From positions 1-58,759 of the forward strand of contig BLSG01000180.1 of assembly GCA_012862495.1 (NCBI GenBank): a stretch of 58,759 nt of DNA, written 5' to 3'. The notes below the pieces were generated by a model. The model had not been told where the DNA came from. It worked only from the letters and a program-made list of their open reading frames with translations, and made no database searches. The first letter of the stretch is position 1, and the number at the start of each line of letters is the position of its first letter. Source of the stretch: Thraustochytrium aureum. Taxonomy: Eukaryota. Positions 1 through 11,345 of this stretch are shown here, in pieces. Position numbers and translations under genes: made by a program.

Positions 1-208
1 TCTACTACTACACGACGGCACCAACAGTGCGCGGGTGACTCCCACCGCGCGCCTTTTTTTCTGAAGCCGAGCCTAAGCATGCTTGCCCGCTTCGACTTGA
101 CTGGCTTGCCGGTTGCGGCCCGGCTTGAGGAGGCACCGGTTCAAACCTACTTGGCAGGTTGCTCGGCAAACGAGTGCCGGCTTGACGATCCAGAGTCGCG
201 GAGACGGC

Positions 209-3200
209 TCAGTCTCGCCCTTTACTCGACGTGCGGCGCTTCTTCAGTGGCTTTGTTTTGGACGTCTCCTCCGAAGACTCTCGTTTGTAGCTTTTCGTCT
301 TGCCGCTTGGTGAACCAGAGCCCACTTCCTGTCCCGAACGAAGATCCTGCGCCGGGTGCGTAGGTCTCGTCGAGGCGTCGGGTGACACCGGTGAGCGCGC
401 GTTGGCTTCGACAAGGATCAGTTTCGAGGGCACTGGCTCGACCACCTGCGCTTCGTGGCTGAAGTTGAGTTTGAGGCCTGTACGGTGCGTCAGCGTAATG
501 CTATCCTGACCCTCGACCAACTCGTCAAAGTCCTTCGCATCTTCACAGCGCAGTACTAGGAGCAGCGTGGAGATGTGCTCTGGCAAATGAAGCGAGACTG
601 CGTTAAAAGCGGGATTTGAAGAACTCTCCAGCACGCAGACTGGAACTGGGGGTTTTCCAGGGAGCCGAGGGACGCTGCGCCGAACTTGTTCTCGCACCTC
701 CGTGGCCCACTGAAAACCTGGCCCTTCAGAGTAATAGTCATGCAAGCGTTTTGAAATCGGCTCAACCAACTCAAGTCCGCCACAAGCACGCCCAAAGTAC
801 GTGAGCGCCTCCTCCATGCGATCAAAGCGGGCTGTCGCCTTGGCTGTGCGCGAAGCGCTACCCAGCTTCAAGTCCTTCTTGTGGTGGAAAAAGCGGTTCA
901 TCTTGAGGCACACCAGCCCAGCCTCATCCACGAGATGGTTGAACTCGATGTCCTCCCAAAACGTTTTGGTTGGGTAGAACGCCCCGGCGTCCACCGTCTG
1001 TTTCACATGAAGATACACGAACGAGTGAACAGAGGCGGAAACCGTGAACGGGAGGTCGGGCTCCGCGCACGCTTGAGCGTTTCGGCGAACGCCAATCAGC
1101 CCGTACTGGTTCGCACCGCCTGTCAGTTCTGCTTTCGTCGTGGCAACAGCTTCACTCGTCCAAGACAGTTGGGCACGGCGCAGCCGGGGAAGATCGCTTG
1201 GGCACGCCATGCGTTGCTCCTCGCGCAGAGTCTCAAGAGCAGCATCGTCGTCATCTACGACACTCTCAACCCCAGACATCACGGTGGCGAATGTGCACGC
1301 CTCAGGAGCCTCGGCCTGCGCTTCACCTGGCGCGCCGTCACTGACCAGTCGTCGCTGGTAGCAAACGTCCACATTGTCGTCCAAAACCCAAACCCAGCGC
1401 AGGCCAAGCTCGTATGCAGCTAGTTGCACGAAAAGCCGCGCGTACCCGATTCCACCGCGAGCTGCATGCACCAGCTTATCCTTGCCTGGAGGCGCGAACG
1501 AAGACGGCATACCGAGAATGAGGTAGGCAGAACCATAGGCCGCGACGTAGTCCTCAAACTGCTTGCCGCTTCGAACGACAATGCAGACGACCGTTGCTTT
1601 GTCTGCGCTAGTCTCAGGGATTGCCTTCTCGTAGTCAAGGAGAGCAACACCAGCGCGGCAGTACGAGGGCACGAAGCACCACCGAACAGACCCCACACCC
1701 TCGCACCCGCACACCTTGCGCTGGGCGAGGTCGACCTCCAGCAATGAAACCAGGGACCGCTCGCCGGTAGAGATTTTGCCGCTGAGCTGCTGCGACTGTG
1801 CGTTTAGGCTCACTCGGACGAGGTCCCCGTCTGCGCCGACCGAAAGCCCGTGAAATCCGTTGTACGGCGCCGAGAGACAAACACCGTCGCCTACCAAGTG
1901 AACCTGGCGCACAATGTACTGCTTGGCAAAGTACGACGCGTCGAAGCTCGACGAGGTCGGTCGAGCTGCAACACTTGCGTAGTCTGCGCGGTGCGACGCA
2001 GAGAGCGAAACCGAGACGATGCTCGCGTCATAGGAGCTCAAGCCCATCGACGTCGTCGCAGAGGCGCCATCAGGGGCGCCAGAATCCCAGACCGAGCGCT
2101 GAACAAAAGACAGGAGGGAGCGCACGCGTTGGGTGAAAGTGAGTGGTAAACGCCTATTGGCCGCCGAGTACGACGATCGCGCCGTTTCCAGATCGCGACG
2201 AGCCGTGGTATCACGGAAGAAGTTTTCGAGCGTTTCACGCCACGCACCCGACAAGCGGCCATCAAAGTTGATGCATTTCCTTACCCTGTCCGGATCTTGA
2301 CACGTTGCGCCAACCAACGGCGGGTCAGTGGTCTCACTGTTCTGCAGATCCCTCTCGAGCGACTTAATCTTGTCTCTGCCAGCCTCACTCTGAATCGCCT
2401 CGCCGTCCGCCGACCGAAGATAAGTGAGGAATCGTTTCTTCCAGTCAGTGCCCCTTTCACTGGCGAGGAAAAGGGCAAGGAGTCGCTGTCGAAAGGCCGT
2501 ACGATGTGCCTGGCTCGGGCCCACTTTGTCATACAATCCACGCAGCGCAGGAAACCGGGCGATTCGGTGGTTACAACAAGGTTCCGCCAGTACGGAAGCG
2601 ACCAAGTGTCACGCGGCACCAGAGGCAGCCTTTCGGGAGGCGCTGGAATTGACACCTCGATGGCGTCTTTGAGCAGGCGGATGAAGTGCAAGTAAGTCCC
2701 CGTCTTGCCCTGCTGACACTGCGCCATGAGCAAGAGGCGGCGCGGGTCCGTCTCGGACGACTCGCGGTCATCGTAATGTGGTGAACGGCTTTTGCTCCCG
2801 CTCCCACTTTCATCACTGCACGTGGGGCGCTGCTGGCGATAAGCACTCAAGTCGTGCAGCGGATTTGTCACGACCACCTCTCCGATGGACGTCCGCTCAG
2901 CAGAGGGCTTCGCAGCCTTCTTTCCCTGGCCACGACCTGACACGTAGAGGTCTATCGGGCCGGGAATGCACTGGTCGACGCGCCGACGGCCCCAGGCGTC
3001 TCGGTACTTGTGCTCAACAGCCTTTTGCACTTGCGCATTGAAGCGCGCAGCGTTCATCAACACCGTGGGAAGAATATGCAGGTAGCGCTTCGCGGTCCAC
3101 GTCCCAAAACGAGCTCTGGGCACGGTAGAAGGCGGCTTCAGCAGTTCCTCGCGCAGTCGCGACCTCAGTTGCAGCTCAGAGTCAAAGTGGAACCGCACCT

Positions 3201-6200
3201 CGTTTCCTGGATCAAGCACCGCGTAGCTCCCACCCTTGGCAAGGAAGGCCCTCGCACTCCTGTCAGCGCAGAATTGCGACAGCTGCTGCTCGAGCTCAGT
3301 GTCGTTCCAGTCTCCAGCGCCCGGATTCTGCGTGTCGACTTCGGCGCGCCTCGTCACTTCAAAGTTTGCGAATGTCGCCTCATCTTCGTTGAGACCAGGG
3401 TAGCGGCAAACTCGTCCGAACTCCTGCACAAATGTTGAATACGTCGGCGAGGAACGCAGGCGAATGTCCAGGAAACGAAACGAGTGCGGGAAAGTGTCGC
3501 CCATGCGCCCCTTCTCGCAGAGGATCACGATCGTTGGCAAGTTTTCTAGGTCCTCGTACTTGGCAGTCATCTGCACGGGCTTCGGCTCGCGGTTCGCTTC
3601 ACGTGCATATCGTTCCTCGCAGGCCTTCGCTTCAGCCAACGATTGATTAACACGGTCCACAAGAGTCTCTTTCGTGCCGGTACCTCGGTTCTGCTTCGAT
3701 GGATGCCTCAGGTCACGTTCAAGCGCCCACGGCTCCAGTTGAGAGAAGAGGTTGGTTGCCCGCCGCATTGCTCTGGCGCTCCTAGTAGGGCTGCTGCANN
3801 NNNNNNNNNNNNNNNNNNNNNNNNNNNNNNNNNNNNNNNNNNNNNNNNNNNNNNNNNNNNNNNNNNNNNNNNNNNNNNNNNNNNNNNNNNNNNNNNNNNN
3901 NNNNNNNNNNNNNNNNNNNNNNNNNNNNNNNNNNNNNNNNNNNNNNNNNNNNNNNNNNNNNNNNNNNNNNNNNNNNNNTCGGCAACGACGCTCAGCACAC
4001 CGCCGTTGACTTTCATTCGAGAGGCCGAGCTTTTTGAGGGCGCTGCGGAGGCCGTCCTGAATGGACAGGTTTTCGTCCGTCTCATAGACACGGATTACAG
4101 CCATCCGCCCCGTGCGGAAGCGGGGGTGTACGTCCAACAGGTCGTGCAGGAGGCGATCGGTCTCGTTGTACCAAGCCTCTATGGTATTCGCCTGATTTTC
4201 TGTGAGATCCTCGCGATTGCATGCAAGCTTCTCCGAGATAACGTACTCCAAGCACATGCGACAGCGGTCGGGGGACATAGCATTGCTATTTTCTTGCAAG
4301 CCCTCCAACTTTTTCACCCACTTTTCGCCGAGTCTCGCACACAGCGCACGTTTTCACCGAGCGCGACTCAAGCTCGTCCCAGGCTGCAACAAGCGTGGCC
4401 TTGAGTAGCTCGTTAAGTACGTGCTGAACCTCGGCCCTCTCGACACCGCCGCCGATGCTAAACGTGCCGACCTGCAGATCTGGCTGGGGTTCGAGTTGCG
4501 GCCACAGCAGGTGTGCAATGTCGAGGTGGAGTGTGAATTTTTGAAGGAGGGCCTCATTGAGAGCAAGCTGACCAACGTCAGCTAGCTCCAGCGGTCGAAA
4601 GATAGTCTCGCGTTCTGTTTCACAGTCCCAGAGGCGCTCGTGGTCAACGCGGTAGACTGCCAAGTACGTGAGCGAGAGAAGGTACTCGGCCATGATGATG
4701 TGGCCGTCGAAGAGAGGCGTCGACTTTGCAACTTTGATGCGATCCGCTCTGCGATTCTTGCTCGTCCGCTTCCCGAAGACGCGCTCAATGCGAGCACGGA
4801 CAGCGTCGAAAGAGTCGTCCCGAACAACCCTCTGCCGTCGACGCGGCAGGCAATCTGCTCCCACGTCTTGTTCCGTATCACACAAGAGTGGGATCCCCCT
4901 CGCGCGCACAGAGTAGGACTTCTTTCGCCCATCGCGCTGGACCTCGCTCCACGCCGCCTCAATCGCACGTTCTTCCGTTGCAAATCCGAGCCAGTGCATC
5001 AACCCACGCTCAGCTTTGAACGCACTCTCGCAGATGCGCACTTCGCCTGGGAGGGTCAGTGTCACCTTCTCCCTCTTGACGTTGAAGAAGCTTCCAGTTT
5101 TGCCAGCTCTTTCAACAACCCCAGCTGGGATCGCGTCTCGCACGGCTTTGTCAAGGACTTGGCAGAAAGCCGAAAAGTCATGCATTGGGTAGCGGAATCT
5201 GCACCCATGGAGTCCTTGGGGGTCCACCTCGACGATGGTTTCGGCACTGCCGCGAGCCTTCACGGCGAGTTGCAACGGCCCGACACACGCTGGTACAGCC
5301 CACGTTGCACTTTCCACAAAGTAGTCCATGCTGCGATAGAGAGAGGTCTCGTTGTGCCATGCGACCACGTTCGCTTCATCGATGCGGGACTTGCTTGTCA
5401 GCACATTCTGTGGAGTCGCCGAGACCAGTAGTCGGAGGACGTTTCCACCCTTTAGCCTCTTATTGTTGAGAAACCAGTCGTGCGCCCCACGCTTTGTCGG
5501 TGCGTAGTGGCACTCGTCCGCGATGATGACCAAGAGCGTTTTTGGATCCGAGGCTTGACTCTCCATCCATTTCCGATGATCGCTCATCACTACGCGGGGG
5601 ACTTTGGTGTGCTTGAGAACGCGACCGCCGTCCAATTTTGCCCGCATGACGCGATCTTCCGTCTGCGTCTGGAGAGAGTTGAAGTTCGGAGTAAGAATGA
5701 CAAAGGCCACACTCGAAAATCGCGCAGCCCATGCCGCCTTCTGCGAACCGAAGAGAGCTGTCTCGGCGATTTGAAATATTTGTTTTGCAACCTCGCGCTG
5801 TTCTGGATGCGCAACGTCCGGTTGGTCCGAGACGGTAAACGCCTCGCCTGTGGTCTCGCGCCTGCCGTCGACGTTAGCAACGGTAACGACAACGCAGAGC
5901 ATGACTTCCTTCTCCTCATTGGAGAGTTTGTCGTCTCTTTCCGCGTCGCGCGACATCGTGACGCTCGCGCCCGGCCCCTCTTGGGCCGTCCGGCCAAAGT
6001 TTGGCAGTCCGCGGGAAAGCTGCTCCCATGCCTTGCTCTTGCACGCCTGCGCAGCAGCGTCATCAGCCTTTGTGAGCAGCTCATTGGCCAGTGTTTCGCG
6101 TTCGCCTTGGTCTTCGGGAAGTGGCGGCATGACTAGCTCAAGTGTTCCTTCTTGCTCATTTCCCTCTCCCAAGCCACGCGTCACATACAGAACTTGTATG

Positions 6201-6381
6201 GGGCGATCCTCCGCTTGCAACTCAGTCTCGTCTTCTGCCTCTTCCGCAAAGTTGGCATCGTCCTGGCTGGCGAGGCTTTTTTCGAGCAACTGTCGAACGA
6301 AGTCGGCTTCATCGGACGCCACTGCCAGCAGCACACTTGCAACGCCCTCGCCATCAGGGTTGAGAATCACGACTATGCGGT
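209..6381 (-). CDS. GREB1-like protein: circularly permuted SF2 helicase fused to a C-terminal TAGT (JGT-like) glycosyltransferase; 5' end lost in a gap, two apparent frameshifts
   Basis: Three overlapping minus ORFs (4286..6370, 2281..4317, 209..2605) read as one protein. Motifs in N-to-C order: Ia-like ILTPNFNSLQTQT, motif II IIADECHY (~5507-5518), motif III LVSATP (~5415), motif V ILCEKGRMGDTFP (~3500), motif VI QEFGRVCRY (~3401-3427), Walker A LLMAQCQQGKTG (GKT 2701-2709), then GT-A-type motifs GGIGYARLF (~1445), WVLDDNV (~1380) and WEDIEFN (~950). Confidence 0.8.
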
Positions 6382-7091
6382 NNNNNNNNNNNNNNNNNNN
6401 NNNNNNNNNNNNNNNNNNNNNNNNNNNNNNNNNNNNNNNNNNNNNNNNNNNNNNNNNNNNNNNNNNNNNNNNNNNNNNNNNNNNNNNNNNNNNNNNNNNN
6501 NNNNNNNNNNNNNNNNNNNNNNNNNNNNNNNNNNNNNNNNNNNNNNNNNNNNNNNNNNNNNNNNNNNNNNNNNNNNNNNNNNNNNNNNNNNNNNNNNNNN
6601 NNNNNNNNNNNNNNNNNNNNNNNNNNNNNNNNNNNNNNNNNNNNNNNNNNNNNNNNNNNNNNNNNNNNNNNNNNNNNNNNNNNNNNNNNNNNNNNNNNNN
6701 NNNNNNNNNNNNNNNNNNNNNNNNNNNNNNNNNNNNNNNNNNNNNNNNNNNNNNNNNNNNNNNNNNNNNNNNNNNNNNNNNNNNNNNNNNNNNNNNNNNN
6801 NNNNNNNNNNNNNNNNNNNNNNNNNNNNNNNNNNNNNNNNNNNNNNNNNNNNNNNNNNNNNNNNNNNNNNNNNNNNNNNNNNNNNNNNNNNNNNNNNNNN
6901 NNNNNNNNNNNNNNNNNNNNNNNNNNNNNNNNNNNNNNNNNNNNNNNNNNNNNNNNNNNNNNNNNNNNNNNNNNNNNNNNNNNNNNNNNNNNNNNNNNNN
7001 NNNNNNNNNNNNNNNNNNNNNNNNNNNNNNNNNNNNNNNNNNNNNNNNNNNNNNNNNNNNNNNNNNNNNNNNNNNNNNNNNNNNNNNNNNN

Positions 7092-8253
7092 NGAAGGCCT
7101 TGGCGATCGGACTCGGACTCGGAGGGCTCTTCAAGTTGGTCTTGCTTGTTTTTCTTGAATCAAGATGTTGTTTTTCAAGATGAAATCGCCTCGCCTTCTC
7201 TGGATTTGTTTCGTGCGCGGGGATACCACCTATCCGTTGCGTTGCTCTTGTGCGTTTGTGTGTGTGTCGCGCAACGCTCAGAAGGACAAAACACCTCTCC
7301 TGAAGTTTTAACCTTTTTGATGAAACTCTCATCTATCATCCTCACGGAAAAAGTGCGTGGCTCGAAATGCTCCTCGGAAGCCGAGGGCCTCGGCTATTCC
7401 GGGAAAATATCGATCCGTCATCGCAACGTGGAGCAGCTCTCCGGCGCGATTGGCTTGGAGGACCTCCATCGAATTGAGAACAAGATCGCGAAGACTTCAC
7501 GCGCCAGCCATGCCGTTTAGCAGCTTCACGAGATGCCCCATCCGCATTTGAGGCCTGCTTGGGCACTCCAGAACCATATGCATGGCCACGTTCCAAATCT
7601 TGCAAGGACCGCAAACGTCCTGCAAAACCTGCCCCGGACATCCAAGCTGTCAAGTTCAGCTCCAGCCTGAGTAACGCGTGCTTGAGGGTCCCAGGAGCAT
7701 GTGCCTTGTCCGCAGCGCCACTTTACTTCATCGCACGAGACATGGATAGGCTGCTACCAGCGCCCAATTGAAATGCAGGCTGCAACGAAGCGGCGAGCAG
7801 GTGCTCTACTAGGCAAGGACTTGGATTGACCAGGTCCCGGAAGGCTCGTCCCAGAATCGCTCGAACTGACTTGCGAGGCCCGCGGTCTTCATGAGCTGGG
7901 CAGGGCTGGGCATGACTGGGTCCACGTGCTGCATCGTTGGAGGCACGGCGCCGTGAAACGTGCTGAGCACAGCGGCTCGTGGCAGCCCCACTTGCTCCTC
8001 GTACGCCTGCGAGTATAATCCCGCGACGGGGTCCATCGTTGCAGAGGGGCCTGCCTCGACGCCGACGATAGGTGCGCGGTTGGCGTGCTCGGCGAGCAGC
8101 CCCACAAGTCCGCCGGGCGGGCGCAGCGCGGCGGCGGTTGCCCATGAGCCGACGCTGCCTTGCGCCACCCGCACCTCGGCAGCAGGCACCCGCAAGCAAA
8201 CGCCGCGGCCAGCCCGCTGCGCATCTCGCAACAGCCTGGACTTTCGAAGTGTG
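7092..8253 (-). other. Fragmented coding-like sequence, possibly the N-terminal part of the GREB1-like gene or a separate degraded gene
   Basis: Same strand as the GREB1-like gene and flanked by gaps. Protein-like stretches (7809..8231; MEVLQANRAGELLHVAMTDRYFPGIAEALGFRG near 7350-7470) are broken by stops and frame changes. No recognisable domain. Confidence 0.3.
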
Positions 8254-9454
8254 NNNNNNNNNNNNNNNNNNNNNNNNNNNNNNNNNNNNNNNNNNNNNNN
8301 NNNNNNNNNNNNNNNNNNNNNNNNNNNNNNNNNNNNNNNNNNNNNNNNNNNNNNNNNNNNNNNNNNNNNNNNNNNNNNNNNNNNNNNNNNNNNNNNNNNN
8401 NNNNNNNNNNNNNNNNNNNNNNNNNNNNNNNNNNNNNNNNNNNNNNNNNNNNNNNNNNNNNNNNNNNNNNNNNNNNNNNNNNNNNNNNNNNNNNNNNNNN
8501 NNNNNNNNNNNNNNNNNNNNNNNNNNNNNNNNNNNNNNNNNNNNNNNNNNNNNNNNNNNNNNNNNNNNNNNNNNNNNNNNNNNNNNNNNNNNNNNNNNNN
8601 NNNNNNNNNNNNNNNNNNNNNNNNNNNNNNNNNNNNNNNNNNNNNNNNNNNNNNNNNNNNNNNNNNNNNNNNNNNNNNNNNNNNNNNNNNNNNNNNNNNN
8701 NNNNNNNNNNNNNNNNNNNNNNNNNNNNNNNNNNNNNNNNNNNNNNNNNNNNNNNNNNNNNNNNNNNNNNNNNNNNNNNNNNNNNNNNNNNNNNNNNNNN
8801 NNNNNNNNNNNNNNNNNNNNNNNNNNNNNNNNNNNNNNNNNNNNNNNNNNNNNNNNNNNNNNNNNNNNNNNNNNNNNNNNNNNNNNNNNNNNNNNNNNNN
8901 NNNNNNNNNNNNNNNNNNNNNNNNNNNNNNNNNNNNNNNNNNNNNNNNNNNNNNNNNNNNNNNNNNNNNNNNNNNNNNNNNNNNNNNNNNNNNNNNNNNN
9001 NNNNNNNNNNNNNNNNNNNNNNNNNNNNNNNNNNNNNNNNNNNNNNNNNNNNNNNNNNNNNNNNNNNNNNNNNNNNNNNNNNNNNNNNNNNNNNNNNNNN
9101 NNNNNNNNNNNNNNNNNNNNNNNNNNNNNNNNNNNNNNNNNNNNNNNNNNNNNNNNNNNNNNNNNNNNNNNNNNNNNNNNNNNNNNNNNNNNNNNNNNNN
9201 NNNNNNGGACGGGCAGCTTTGCGTGCCAGGCCCGAGCGGCGGGCGGGCGGCTGCGGCACGTTGGGCAGCCAGTCTCGGTGGTCCAGTCGCCAGCCGGCCA
9301 GGACGCGCATCGCGCTCTTGTCGTCCGCGACGCGCGCTCGCCAGCCCGCGAGGCCGCCTGGGCCTCCGTCGCTCGGCGCACCCTGGTCCCCCAGAGCGTG
9401 CCCTCCCTGCCCAAGTCCCTGACAGCCTCAGCGATCCTTCTCACATCCCCTCGG

Positions 9455-9557
9455 CCAATAGGGAACCCGCACGGCCCAATCCGTCCCAATAGGGAACCCG
9501 CAGTGCGATTCCCCACACAGCCGCGGCCCCTTATCGGCAAACCACCCGCTTTTTGAA
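9455..9557 (+). promoter_or_regulatory. Tandem CCAAT boxes plus a CHR-like TTTGAA element
   Basis: The 17-mer CCAATAGGGAACCCGCA occurs at 9455-9471 and 9486-9502 (31-bp spacing). A third CCAAT is at 9476-9480 and TTTGAA at 9552-9557. Confidence 0.4.
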
Positions 9558-9851
9558 AGCTAGCGAAAGCTGCCAGCTCTCGCACAGTGTAGTCAAGACT
9601 TGTCTGCAGGATTCTTGTTCGTTCTCGGAAGTGGCGCATTGAGGAGTCGCTGAGGGCTGCGACCAACCAGAGCCGCAACGGAGCCGCGCAAGAACGAGCA
9701 GAGCTGCAGCGCGCCTGGCGGAGGCAGCCGAGCGCAGGACGCGAGGCCGCGGCGCCTCGTTCTTGGTTTCTGGTTTCTTGGTTTCGACGAGGCAGGCAGG
9801 CAGCCAGCAGAGGCTCGGACGCACGCCGCGCTGCGTACGTACCTCGCTGGT

Positions 9852-10366
9852 TTGTTCCGTTCTGCAGACCTCCAAGGTCTCGTGCGCCGCGCCCGCGGCC
9901 TGTTCGAGAATGATGGCAGCGGCCTCGAGTGCGGCGACGGCGCGGCAGAGCGACACGGTGGCCGCGCAGCCGGTGCTCGGGGGCGGGGACGGCCGCTGGG
10001 CGAACCGGATGACTGCGAGGTTTTTGCAAGGGAGGATGAGAGGCAGGACCTCGCCGCCTACGGGGGCAGGGGCTTGGGCCCGAGAGCGCCGCTGGAGTGC
10101 TCCGGCGCGGCGCCGGGGAGCGCGGACGGGCGCAGGGGGTCGAGACGGACGACGAAGATGATGCCAGCCAACAGCCATTCTTTGAGATGGATGAGGAGGA
10201 CCCCGAGTTCGAGGCGCCCGCAAGGGACCGGCTCCCGGACGCCGACGCGAGCCGCGCTGTGGCGCGAAGCACGGAGGCGGCGCGGAAGGGCAAGCGGCCA
10301 GCCCCACGCAGCGCTAGCGCCACTGCGGCTCCGACTGCGGCCGCCACTGCCACCGCGAGTCGGTGA
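9852..10366 (+). CDS. Hypothetical acidic, low-complexity protein fragment running toward a gap
   Basis: Overlapping plus frames with an acidic tract (ETDDEDDASQQPFFEMDEEDPEFE) downstream of the CCAAT cluster. Frame uncertain. Confidence 0.25.
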
Positions 10367-11345
10367 TCNNNNNNNNNNNNNNNNNNNNNNNNNNNNNNNN
10401 NNNNNNNNNNNNNNNNNNNNNNNNNNNNNNNNNNNNNNNNNNNNNNNNNNNNNNNNNNNNNNNNNNNNNNNNNNNNNNNNNNNNNNNNNNNNNNNNNNNN
10501 NNNNNNNNNNNNNNNNNNNNNNNNNNNNNNNNNNNNNNNNNNNNNNNNNNNNNNNNNNNNNNNNNNNNNNNNNNNNNNNNNNNNNNNNNNNNNNNNNNNN
10601 NNNNNNNNNNNNNNNNNNNNNNNNNNNNNNNNNNNNNNNNNNNNNNNNNNNNNNNNNNNNNNNNNNNNNNNNNNNNNNNNNNNNNNNNNNNNNNNNNNNN
10701 NNNNNNNNNNNNNNNNNNNNNNNNNNNNNNNNNNNNNNNNNNNNNNNNNNNNNNNNNNNNNNNNNNNNNNNNNNNNNNNNNNNNNNNNNNNNNNNNNNNN
10801 NNNNNNNNNNNNNNNNNNNNNNNNNNNNNNNNNNNNNNNNNNNNNNNNNNNNNNNNNNNNNNNNNNNNNNNNNNNNNNNNNNNNNNNNNNNNNNNNNNNN
10901 NNNNNNNNNNNNNNNNNNNNNNNNNNNNNNNNNNNNNNNNNNNNNNNNNNNNNNNNNNNNNNNNNNNNNNNNNNNNNNNNNNNNNNNNNNNNNNNNNNNN
11001 NNNNNNNNNNNNNNNNNNNNNNNNNNNNNNNNNNNNNNNNNNNNNNNNNNNNNNNNNNNNNNNNNNNNNNNNNNNNNNNNNNNNNNNNNNNNNNNNNNNN
11101 NNNNNNNNNNNNNNNNNNNNNNNNNNNNNNNNNNNNNNNNNNNNNNNNNNNNNNNNNNNNNNNNNNNNNNNNNNNNNNNNNNNNNNNNNNNNNNNNNNNN
11201 NNNNNNNNNNNNNNNNNNNNNNNNNNNNNNNNNNNNNNNNNNNNNNNNNNNNNNNNNNNNNNNNNNNNNNNNNNNNNNNNNNNNNNNNNNNNNNNNNNNN
11301 NNNNNNNNNNNNNNNNNNNNNNNNNNNNNNNNNNNNNNNNNNNNN

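Noticed and set aside
7809..8231. Possible TET/JBP dioxygenase partner of the TAGT gene
   Set aside because: An HVD tripeptide is present but no convincing HxD...H...R double-stranded beta-helix pattern can be traced.
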